A stretch of 37,071 nucleotides of DNA from positions 1 through 37,071 of IMG/VR virus record IMGVR_UViG_3300029183_000016; one strand, given 5' to 3'. Every line of letters starts with the position of its first letter. Positions within the stretch are counted from its first letter, which is position 1. The notes under the pieces are model-generated. The model was not told where the DNA came from. It saw only the letters and a list, made by a program, of their open reading frames with translations, and did no database searches. Both the position numbers and the translations under genes were made by a program. Source of the DNA: a virus. Its lineage: Duplodnaviria; Caudoviricetes. Positions 8,902 to 17,030 of this stretch are shown here, in pieces.

Positions 8902-9688
8902 TACAATTATTCGAATGTCCTCTGAAGATATTACAGAAGTCTCAATAAATGAGATAACATCTGTGGCCATTGATGGTGATAGTCGTGTGATAAAGGTCAT
9001 TGAACGTGAAACGGTTCACCAAGAAGCCCCAGCACCGCCTGAAGAAATAGTTTGGCCACCAGCCGTTAGCCTTGCAAGATTGCACAAAGACATCACTTTT
9101 TCAGGAACAGCTTCTGATGTTCAATCAGTGACATTGACTGATGGAAAAGTTATAAACAAAACAGGATCAGGAACGATCCAAAGAACAGATGAAGGATTTG
9201 TTTTTGATGGTGATGCATATTTCACTTATTCTGCTTCTGATGACGAAATGTCTGGTTTGGCTATTTATGCTGCTGTAACTCTTGGAGGCTTAAACGATTC
9301 GACAAATAACTATATTGCAAGGGCAGATGGTGTTGGATTTATTTATGTAAAGAAAAGCAATAATCGGTTTTATGCACGTTCTGATATTCAGGAATATATA
9401 ATTGATTCACGGATTGTTTCTGGTTCAAAGCTTGTTTTTGGCATGTATGCTGATTATGATTATCCTGAAAATGGTGCTGGCTTTGGAATGTGGATCAACA
9501 ACATGATCGTTGGTGCTGAACTTGGAGCAGTAACGATTGACAATGGATTGATCGAATTTGGGAATGGTTTCACAGGCACAATTCATGAATTGGTTATCTT
9601 TTCAAGATTAACTGGTGGACCAAAGATGTCAGATGTTGACAGCTTGAAAATAACTAATAAGCTCATGGAGCTTCATAATATAACTTAA
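8894..9688 (+). CDS. Putative fibre / carbohydrate-binding (LamG/ConA-like) virion protein
   Basis: Pro-rich linker followed by a beta-sandwich with FDG...Y and G...F.GTIHELVIFSR.L motifs. Confidence 0.55.
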   Translation: MSDTIIRMSSEDITEVSINEITSVAIDGDSRVIKVIERETVHQEAPAPPEEIVWPPAVSLARLHKDITFSGTASDVQSVTLTDGKVINKTGSGTIQRTDEGFVFDGDAYFTYSASDDEMSGLAIYAAVTLGGLNDSTNNYIARADGVGFIYVKKSNNRFYARSDIQEYIIDSRIVSGSKLVFGMYADYDYPENGAGFGMWINNMIVGAELGAVTIDNGLIEFGNGFTGTIHELVIFSRLTGGPKMSDVDSLKITNKLMELHNIT

Positions 9689-9710
9689 CAGACATTGAAA
9701 GGAAAAACAA

Positions 9711-9917
9711 ATGTCAAAAGACGATCCACAAACATATACTGCCCGAGGCCCTGAAGGTGAAACAGTAGTTGTGCTGTCACCAAAAAAGGCAATTGGCCTT
9801 GAAACACTGTTGATGGAATTTCGGAATTTGTCCGATGGAAAAACTGGTTCTTACTGGTCGAATCTTCGCACAACCGCAAAAGACATCCAATTGGACATGC
9901 TGCGCTCTAAAGATTAA
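9711..9917 (+). CDS. Hypothetical protein
   Basis: AAAGGA RBS; TAATG coupling to the next gene. Confidence 0.6.
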   Translation: MSKDDPQTYTARGPEGETVVVLSPKKAIGLETLLMEFRNLSDGKTGSYWSNLRTTAKDIQLDMLRSKD

Positions 9918-10975
9918 TGCAAACAGTCAATGATAAAATATTCGCTGCCAACATAAGGCACCAAATGTTCCTTCAACGTCATTCTTCTTCAACGGTTAAT
10001 AAAATAATAGCCTTGTTGAATAAGATTGACGCGAAGGTCATTGCACGTTTGGAAAAAGAAGATTTCACAAAATTGAGCAAAGCTCGTCAAAAGAAATTAC
10101 TTGAACGCATAAAGGTTCTGTTGAAAGATGGCTATAAGCCTGTCATTTCAGAAATGAAAAATGAAATCGCTTCGTTGGCGATTTATGAAGCTGGTTTTCA
10201 GAAAGAACTTATAAAGCGTTCTTTGCCTGTTGCACTTGATTTGATTACCCCTGCTCCGAGTCAACTTGTCGCAGCTGTTAAGGCGCGTCCTTTTCAAGGA
10301 AGATTGTTGAAAGAATGGTATAAAGGTCTTGAATCTGGTGCTTTTAACCGTTTGCGTGATGCAATCAGAATTGGCTCTGTCGAAGGACAAACAACTGAAC
10401 AAGTTGTACGAATAATTCGTGGAACCCGTAAAAATCGTTACACTGATGGAGTGTTACAGCAATCTCGCAGGGGTGCATCAGCTGCTGTAAGAACTGCAAT
10501 GAATCACACATCAAACATATCAAAAGATTTGATGTATCGACAAAATTCTGATATCATAAAAGGTGTCCAATGGGTTGCGACCCTTGATGGAAAAACAACT
10601 CGAATTTGTGCAAGTCTTGATGGAAAGATTTTCGAACTTGAAAAAGGTCCTCGTCCGCCAGCTCATATAAATTGCAGATCGACAATGACACCAATAGTTA
10701 AAAGTTGGAAAGAATTAGGGATAAACCTGAAACAAGCTCCAGAAGGAACACGTGCTTCAATGAATGGACAAGTCCCTGCATCAACCAATTATGAAGATTT
10801 CTTACGAAAACAACCAATCTCCTTTCAGGATGACTTTTTGGGTCAGAAAGCAGGGATATTATTTCGTAAAGGAAAACTGCCGTTGTCAAAGTTCGTTGAC
10901 AAGGCGGGAAACAACCTGACATTAGACCAGTTAAAGATTTCAGAAGCTGAAGCTTGGAAAATGGCAGGTTTATAA
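9917..10975 (+). CDS. Minor head morphogenesis protein (SPP1 gp7 / Mu gpF family)
   Basis: W.ATLD.KT..IC..LDG......PP.H.NCRS and TRASMNGQVP motifs. Confidence 0.9.
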   Translation: MQTVNDKIFAANIRHQMFLQRHSSSTVNKIIALLNKIDAKVIARLEKEDFTKLSKARQKKLLERIKVLLKDGYKPVISEMKNEIASLAIYEAGFQKELIKRSLPVALDLITPAPSQLVAAVKARPFQGRLLKEWYKGLESGAFNRLRDAIRIGSVEGQTTEQVVRIIRGTRKNRYTDGVLQQSRRGASAAVRTAMNHTSNISKDLMYRQNSDIIKGVQWVATLDGKTTRICASLDGKIFELEKGPRPPAHINCRSTMTPIVKSWKELGINLKQAPEGTRASMNGQVPASTNYEDFLRKQPISFQDDFLGQKAGILFRKGKLPLSKFVDKAGNNLTLDQLKISEAEAWKMAGL

Positions 10976-10976
10976 C

Positions 10977-11006
10977 GAGTGAGAAGCTCAAAAACGGCGA
11001 GAAGCC
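10977..11006 (+). promoter_or_regulatory. Two short hairpins with identical GAGAA loops in the scaffold gene leader
   Basis: GAGT-GAGAA-GCTC (10977-10989) and GGC-GAGAA-GCC (10996-11006), just upstream of the AAGGA RBS. Confidence 0.4.
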
Positions 11007-11022
11007 AAGAAAGGAACTAACA

Positions 11023-11781
11023 ATGTTGAAATTTATTATTGATTCTTTGGAAGGTTTAGACGAAAATACAGTCAAGCTTTATGAAAAAACGGCGGATGGC
11101 AAATATCAATTAAAAGTTGAAGGACTGCCAGAACCTGAAGACACATCGGGCTTGAAGACTGCTCTTCAAAAAGAACGGTCAAATGTTTCTAAGCTGGAAG
11201 GGGATCTCAAAGCTTGGAAAAAGTTAGGCGAGACGCCTGACGCAGTAACTGAAACCATTAATGGTCTAAAAAAGGCCAAGGGTGATCCTGCTGATGGCGA
11301 GAAGCTTTTAGAACAGGCTCAAGCGAAACATAAGGCTGAGATTGAAACTCTTACTGCCGAACGTGACAAAGCCCTTGCTTCTGAACGAACAGCCATTATT
11401 GAGAATCAATTTACTGCTTCACTTGCAAAGGCTGGCTTTTCTGACACTGGTTTGTCAATGATTCCGAAACTCCATTCCGAACGAGTGAAAATCAGTGAAC
11501 GCGAAGGTAAGCGTGTCATTGATATTATGACTGAAGATGGTTCTGGGCCAATGGTCGGAACAGGTGAAGGAAGCCGAGCGACATTCGATGACCTTGCAAA
11601 AGAATTTTCAGTCAAGTATCCTGATCTGCTAAAATCTGGCAGAAAAGGCGGTGGCGGGACGCCTCCAGGAAACGGCGGTGGCGGCGGTTCCGAAAAACAA
11701 ATGCTCCGTTCTGATTGGAATGAACTTGATCCTATTGATCAACAAAAAACAATCGATGATGGGGTTCAACTGGTCGACTGA
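11023..11781 (+). CDS. Capsid scaffolding protein
   Basis: Coiled coil with SGLKTALQKER motif and Gly-rich C-terminal region; directly upstream of the major capsid gene; RBS before the ATG at 11023. Confidence 0.8.
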   Translation: MLKFIIDSLEGLDENTVKLYEKTADGKYQLKVEGLPEPEDTSGLKTALQKERSNVSKLEGDLKAWKKLGETPDAVTETINGLKKAKGDPADGEKLLEQAQAKHKAEIETLTAERDKALASERTAIIENQFTASLAKAGFSDTGLSMIPKLHSERVKISEREGKRVIDIMTEDGSGPMVGTGEGSRATFDDLAKEFSVKYPDLLKSGRKGGGGTPPGNGGGGGSEKQMLRSDWNELDPIDQQKTIDDGVQLVD

Positions 11782-11807
11782 TCGGCCCTAACAAAAAGGT
11801 AAGAAAA

Positions 11808-12944
11808 ATGGCTAACACTCTAACTGGTTTGATCCCCCATGCTTACGCGGCCCTTAATGTGGTTTCACGTGAGTTGATCGGTGTCATTCCTGCAGCGTCT
11901 CGTGATGGGACATTTGATCGTGCGGCAGTAGGCCAAGACGTGAAAATTCCTGTCGCTCCAGGAGCGAATATTTCTGACATCACTCCTGCAATGCAAGTCC
12001 CTGATCCAACTGATCAAGAGATTTCATCTCGTGTTATGAAAATTCAAAAAACACGTGGTGCTGAATTTGGTTACACTGGCGAAGAAACTCGTCAACTGAA
12101 TTCTGGTCCTGGATACTTGTCTGTTCAAGCTCAACAAATCCTTGAAGGAATGCGAGGTTTGACGAATGAAATTGAACTTGATGCAGCAAAAGAGGCAGCA
12201 TTGCAATCGTCCCGTGCTTATGGCACAGGTGGAACGGTTCCGTTTGCTTCTGACATTTCAGCATCGGCTCAAATTCGGAAAATTTTGGACGACAACGGTG
12301 CTCCAATGACTGGGCGTCATATGTCAATTTCAACTTCGACAGGTGCGAATCTTCGGTCGTTGAATATTTTGGCCAAGGTCAATGAAAGTGGAGATCAATC
12401 GTTGTTGCGCCAAGGTGTTCTTGGAAACTTGCATGGATCCGATTATCGTGAAACTGGGTTTGCTTACTCACACACAGGTGGTGATGGAACAGGTTACGTT
12501 CTGAATGGTGCAGCATCCAAAGGTGCAACGGTTATTCCTGTTGACACTGGCACAGGTTCAATTTCTGCTGGTGACGTTGTTGTGTTCGCTGGTGATACGA
12601 ACAAATACGTCGTTGCAGAAAGTGGCTTGACAGGTGTCAATTTGACGATCAATGCTCCTGGATTGCGCGAAAACATTTCCGATGGTGCAACTGTCACTGT
12701 TCAAGGTGATTATGATGCAAACGTCAACTTTACTTCTGGTTCTTTGATGCTTGCTACGCGCTTGCCTGATCTGCCCGAAGAAGGTGACATTGCGCTTGAT
12801 CGTTTTGCGATCCGTGATCAACGTTCTGGCCTTGTTTTTGAAATGTCTGTGTATCCAGGATACCGCAAGAACCGCTACGAAATTGGCTGTTCATGGGGTG
12901 TCAAAGGCATCAAGCCAGAACATTCAGCATTGTTGATGGGTTAA
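11808..12944 (+). CDS. Major capsid protein (P22 coat/gp5-like, with insertion domain)
   Basis: MANTLTGLIP..Y.AL.VVSREL.G.IPA N-terminus, DQRSGL.FE..VY...WGVK C-terminus, beta-rich insertion (AGDVV.FAGD..KYVV). Confidence 0.9.
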   Translation: MANTLTGLIPHAYAALNVVSRELIGVIPAASRDGTFDRAAVGQDVKIPVAPGANISDITPAMQVPDPTDQEISSRVMKIQKTRGAEFGYTGEETRQLNSGPGYLSVQAQQILEGMRGLTNEIELDAAKEAALQSSRAYGTGGTVPFASDISASAQIRKILDDNGAPMTGRHMSISTSTGANLRSLNILAKVNESGDQSLLRQGVLGNLHGSDYRETGFAYSHTGGDGTGYVLNGAASKGATVIPVDTGTGSISAGDVVVFAGDTNKYVVAESGLTGVNLTINAPGLRENISDGATVTVQGDYDANVNFTSGSLMLATRLPDLPEEGDIALDRFAIRDQRSGLVFEMSVYPGYRKNRYEIGCSWGVKGIKPEHSALLMG

Positions 12945-12967
12945 CAAAAAATTGCTGAAATGAAATT

Positions 12968-13000
12968 AGCCTCTTCCGCAATCAAGTGGGAGAGGTTTCT
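12968..13000 (+). terminator. Possible intrinsic terminator/attenuator after the capsid gene
   Basis: Stem GCCTCTTCCGC / GTGGGAGAGGT (with G-U pairs), followed by only a short T tract. Confidence 0.45.
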
Positions 13001-13024
13001 GTCAAAACAAAAAAGGAGCACAAA

Positions 13025-13363
13025 ATGCCTAAAGTAGAAACTTTGAAAATCGTATCTGATTCTGACCGTGGATTTACGGTAATCAATGCTGATGATTTTG
13101 ATGAAGAGACTATGGAACTTGCAGAAGATCAAGAACCTCCTGTTTCTGAATCTGTTGATGGGGATGAACCGACAAAAGAGGAACTTGAAATCAAAATCAA
13201 GGAAACCTCTGATGAAGAATTTAATCTTTCATTGGAAGATATTGATGCATCAGGTTGTAAGAAAATTCTTGACAAACTTGAAGTTGAATACAACAAAAAT
13301 CTTGGTGTCAAAAAATTGCGCGAAGCAGTTGCATCAGCACGCGCTGATTTAATTGCTGCTTAA
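13025..13363 (+). CDS. Acidic head-associated hypothetical protein
   Basis: AAGGAG RBS; F.VINA.DFD motif and C-terminal helix-extension-helix-like segment, common right after capsid genes. Confidence 0.7.
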   Translation: MPKVETLKIVSDSDRGFTVINADDFDEETMELAEDQEPPVSESVDGDEPTKEELEIKIKETSDEEFNLSLEDIDASGCKKILDKLEVEYNKNLGVKKLREAVASARADLIAA

Positions 13364-13378
13364 CTTTCAGGAAACCCG

Positions 13379-13894
13379 ATGGCTTTGATAACAACGATTG
13401 GCGGCATTGATACAGACAGCTTTGCAACTGTCGTTGAGTATCATGCTTATGTCCTGCAAATGTATAATGTTGATTTGTCTTCAAATTCAATATCAAAGGA
13501 CGAAGCAAATCTAAGAACAGCTTTCCAGATCCAAGAATTAACATGGGATTGGAAAGGCTATCGGGTTTCTGAAACTCAAGCAGCATCGTTCCCTCGAAAC
13601 ATAAGTGAATTTGTTGATGGGGTTCCTGTTGCGAATGATTCAATTCCTGTTAATGTCAAAAAGGCCCAAATGGAACTTGCTTATAGCATTGAAAAAGGAA
13701 TTGATATTTCTCCAATCATTGAAGGTGGAACAGTAAGATCAGAAAGCGTTGGTGCTGGTCCTGCGAAAGTCACAACCAAATATGATGAAATTTTGGAAGT
13801 TCCGAGAATAACACGTGTCGAAAATCTTTTGCGTCCTTATCACAATGGACGTTCTGGTGGAACAGGTTCAGAGGATGAGGTCATCAGAGGATGA
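13379..13894 (+). CDS. Head-tail adaptor (DnaT-like family)
   Basis: DSF.TV.EY.AY, WKG.R...Q..SFPR and IP..VKKAQMELA motifs; position in the neck module. Confidence 0.8.
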   Translation: MALITTIGGIDTDSFATVVEYHAYVLQMYNVDLSSNSISKDEANLRTAFQIQELTWDWKGYRVSETQAASFPRNISEFVDGVPVANDSIPVNVKKAQMELAYSIEKGIDISPIIEGGTVRSESVGAGPAKVTTKYDEILEVPRITRVENLLRPYHNGRSGGTGSEDEVIRG

Positions 13895-14256
13895 GCACTT
13901 CAGTAGCAGAAATTGGCAAAAAAGCATTTGATGCTGTGGCACGTTCTTTGAGCGGTGTTGTTCATTCTGCTGTGATAACAACGGATGAAAAGGGAACATA
14001 CAATACAACGACTGCAAGTTATGATGCATCTGAAGGGTCAACACACGATTGCAGATTGATTGTTGACAAAACGCCAAAGGACGGTAAAATAGGAACCTAT
14101 ACAATCACTGAAAAAGAACAATTGGTTTTGGTTGAAGGGTGTCCAATAATTCCTTCAGAAAATATGAAGATCACATTCAATGGTGTCGAAAAAACAATAA
14201 CATTTGTTGATGACATATTGTTTTCAGGGACATTGTTCAGTTTGGTGGTGAAATGA
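13891..14256 (+). CDS. Head closure/stopper protein
   Basis: Gene order in the neck module; beta-rich 121-aa protein. Confidence 0.65.
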   Translation: MSTSVAEIGKKAFDAVARSLSGVVHSAVITTDEKGTYNTTTASYDASEGSTHDCRLIVDKTPKDGKIGTYTITEKEQLVLVEGCPIIPSENMKITFNGVEKTITFVDDILFSGTLFSLVVK

Positions 14257-14651
14257 GTAAAGCAGCAGAATTCTCAGCCCAAATCGATATTGAATTCGAA
14301 GGAATGCTTGATGAGCTGAGAACAGTCATCAGGGTCATTGCACTTGAAGCTTTAAAACGAATTGTTCAAAGAACGCCAGTCCTTACAGGAAGAGCACGAG
14401 GAAATTGGTACGTTTCAATTGGAGGTTCTGGCTTTGAAGTTTCAACTGATATTGATAAAAATGGAACAGTAACTATTTCTCGTGGATCATCAGTCATAGC
14501 GACATATAATGATCAAGCGAGTTTTCCTGTAATTTCAATCTACAACAATTTACCTTACATAAACCGACTTGAGAATGGATATTCAAATCAATCTCCTGCT
14601 GGCATGGTTGTTGTTACAGCAGCAGAACTCCAAACAGAGGTCTCAGCATGA
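14253..14651 (+). CDS. HK97 gp10-family tail completion/neck protein
   Basis: TPV.TGRARGNW and NNLPYI.RLE.G.S.Q.P.GMV motifs. Confidence 0.85.
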   Translation: MSKAAEFSAQIDIEFEGMLDELRTVIRVIALEALKRIVQRTPVLTGRARGNWYVSIGGSGFEVSTDIDKNGTVTISRGSSVIATYNDQASFPVISIYNNLPYINRLENGYSNQSPAGMVVVTAAELQTEVSA

Positions 14652-15103
14652 GTTACGATGTAGAAAGAGTCGTCATAACAAATCAAATAAATGCAAATGC
14701 ATTTTTTGGATTTACAAATTTTGGTTTGGATGCTGGTGATTTTGTAGAAAATCACAATAGTGGTTTCATGTCAATAATTCCTGGACAGGCGTTCGTTGGT
14801 TCAATTGCTGGTGATAAGCGTCTTATAAAAAGTCCAGGAGTACTTCAGGTAACATTCTTATTCGAGGGTGGAAGTGATTCAAAAGAATCAAGGGAAAAGG
14901 CACAAGAAATAATTGATGCATTTTTTGAACTAAAACTTGATGAAAATGGAAAACAACCAACATCTGATTCAAATGTAATAATTGATTTCGGAGCAAATGG
15001 ATTTGTTCCTTATATTTCTGAATTGCGGAAAGAGGCTCCGTTTTTGAGAACAACTGTCAATGCCTCATTTTTACGAACCGAGAAAAAATCAAGGAGTAAC
15101 TGA
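14648..15103 (+). CDS. Tail terminator protein
   Basis: Lies between the neck and tail tube genes; PG...S......R...G.LQV.F pattern. Confidence 0.65.
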   Translation: MSYDVERVVITNQINANAFFGFTNFGLDAGDFVENHNSGFMSIIPGQAFVGSIAGDKRLIKSPGVLQVTFLFEGGSDSKESREKAQEIIDAFFELKLDENGKQPTSDSNVIIDFGANGFVPYISELRKEAPFLRTTVNASFLRTEKKSRSN

Positions 15104-15105
15104 TT

Positions 15106-16050
15106 ATGGCTGGTGCTAGTAATACAGAACGTAAAACGTCAATTGTTATTGAGACGACAGCTGGATCAACTCCAGCAACACCCTCATTTAAACGGTTGCC
15201 TGTTAACGTTTTAAATATGTCTGCAAATCCACGAGTAGTTGAACAACGTTCAATTATTGCTGGAGGACAACGAACAGGAATTTCTCGTAACGGCTTTGCC
15301 GTTTCAGGCTCTCTTTCATCAGGTCTCATTTATGGGGAATTTGATGATTTCTTTGAATCAATGTTCCAAGGTTCATTCGCATCTGATGTTTTGAAGAATG
15401 CGAATGACACAGTTGCAATGACCATTGAAGACAGCATCCCTCAAGGGTCTGGCGGTTCTTTGGCATACTTGCGTTATCGCGGCGTAGAGGCAACAGGGGG
15501 CACTCTGAACCTTGTTGCTGGTCAGGATGCAGCGCTGTCTTTTGATCTTATCGGCTCTGGAAGTGATGATGCAGCAACTTCAATTATCACTGGTGCGACA
15601 TACGCAGATGCTGGAAGCTTTGACACGATTGGTTCTGGCAGCGACATTGGAACTATTACAATGTCTGGAATGGGCGATCTTGATTGCATGCGATCTTGTG
15701 AAGTCCGTTTCACAAAAGAAGGTAAAGATGAAAATTTGAGAATTAGCTCTGATGACCTTTGTGGGATTTCTCGTGGGGCAATGCTACCTGTTGTCGCTGG
15801 TGAATTTTACGTTGAAGACAACTTTGTCGACATTTACAATGCAAGTCGTGCTGGGACAAGTTTTGCTCTTACAATTCCAATTGGATCTGTTGCGAATGAA
15901 AAATATGAATTGTTTTTCCCAGATTGTGAATTTGTTGAAGCCCCTCTTGTAACAGGAGAGAATGGCCCAGCGTTTCAGAATTTTAGCATTATGCCGAAAT
16001 TTGACACAACTGAAGATTGCACAGTTCGCCTGACAAGGAACATCGCATGA
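15106..16050 (+). CDS. Major tail tube protein
   Basis: ETTAGSTPATP.F..L N-terminus, 314 aa, upstream of the chaperone and tape-measure genes. Confidence 0.85.
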   Translation: MAGASNTERKTSIVIETTAGSTPATPSFKRLPVNVLNMSANPRVVEQRSIIAGGQRTGISRNGFAVSGSLSSGLIYGEFDDFFESMFQGSFASDVLKNANDTVAMTIEDSIPQGSGGSLAYLRYRGVEATGGTLNLVAGQDAALSFDLIGSGSDDAATSIITGATYADAGSFDTIGSGSDIGTITMSGMGDLDCMRSCEVRFTKEGKDENLRISSDDLCGISRGAMLPVVAGEFYVEDNFVDIYNASRAGTSFALTIPIGSVANEKYELFFPDCEFVEAPLVTGENGPAFQNFSIMPKFDTTEDCTVRLTRNIA

Positions 16051-16238
16051 TAGTTGTAAAGGCATTTGAAACCGAAATCGATGGCGAAATGAAACGTTTC
16101 GTCATTGGTGACATAATCTCAGATGAGCAAGCAGGAATTATTAACGCTGTTGAAAAAGGACTTGTGAAATCTGAATCTGAAACCAAAGCATTTAAGAAAG
16201 GAACTGAGAATGCTAAAACTGGACGGAGCAAAATTTGA
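16047..16238 (+). CDS. Small hypothetical protein
   Basis: AAGGA RBS; ATGA overlap at 16047. Confidence 0.6.
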   Translation: MIVVKAFETEIDGEMKRFVIGDIISDEQAGIINAVEKGLVKSESETKAFKKGTENAKTGRSKI

Positions 16239-16710
16239 CATTGAAACACGGGAGCTTAACTACAAAGTTCCTGCACCATTTGGGCCAAAACGTGGGCCAG
16301 CTTTTGTAAAGATAATTGCAAAACCTGCATCAGCTCAAAATCCTGAATTCAAAACCCGAATTGATAAGCTTCTTGCTGATGCAAAGATCAAAGACTTGGT
16401 CCGCAACAAACGATTGCAGGAACGTGAAGATTATGATGAGTTCGTAAAATCAGCAGATGATGATGTCAAAAAAGTAAATCTTGCTGTTATGAAACTAAGT
16501 TATGATGTTTGTGTCATTTCTTGGGAAACGAATATTCAGAATGAAGGATCTGATCTCGAACCAACAAGGGAAAATTTTCTCGCTCTATTTTCATTTGAAC
16601 ACGAGGAAATCACAAAGGTTTTTGAAAAATTCAAAAATGACTTAACTGATTTTGCAAAATGGCAAAATGAAGTTGAAAAAGAAATTGAGGATGAAGAACT
16701 GGGAAACTAA
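16210..16710 (+). CDS. Tail assembly chaperone (lambda gpG-like)
   Basis: Between tube and tape-measure genes; ends in the slippery sequence G GGA AAC TAA. Confidence 0.8.
   Translation: MLKLDGAKFDIETRELNYKVPAPFGPKRGPAFVKIIAKPASAQNPEFKTRIDKLLADAKIKDLVRNKRLQEREDYDEFVKSADDDVKKVNLAVMKLSYDVCVISWETNIQNEGSDLEPTRENFLALFSFEHEEITKVFEKFKNDLTDFAKWQNEVEKEIEDEELGN
16701..16707 (+). promoter_or_regulatory. -1 programmed ribosomal frameshift site GGGAAAC
   Basis: X XXY YYZ heptamer in the correct phase before the stop; the -1 frame is open through to 17030. Confidence 0.8.
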
Positions 16711-17030
16711 CTAAACTCCTGAAGGCTCATTTGCGAATAGGAGATGGGATTGATTACCTGAAGGGGAAAGCAGAGAAAGGTGATTTGGCAGCACAAAAAG
16801 AATTGGAACCATTGTCAACAATTGTCAATGTTACAGTTTGGGAAGCTTTTAGGCTGCTAGACGCAACAAGGGATGATTTGGTGGATGGATTTTCAAGTTT
16901 AAAGGTTTCTGAAATTGTATCAGTTTTGGACGTTTTTAAAATCGAATGTGAAAGACAAAGGTTGAAAATTATCAGACAAATTGTCGGTATGGACATTGTC
17001 TGTAAGAATTGGAAGATGAAAAATGGCTGA
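16701..17030 (+). CDS. Frameshifted C-terminal extension of the tail chaperone (gpGT-like)
   Basis: -1 frame GGG AAA CTA ACT ... is continuous with ORF 16731..17030, which has no clear RBS/ATG of its own. Confidence 0.75.
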   Translation, partial: GKLTKLLKAHLRIGDGIDYLKGKAEKGDLAAQKELEPLSTIVNVTVWEAFRLLDATRDDLVDGFSSLKVSEIVSVLDVFKIECERQRLKIIRQIVGMDIVCKNWKMKNG

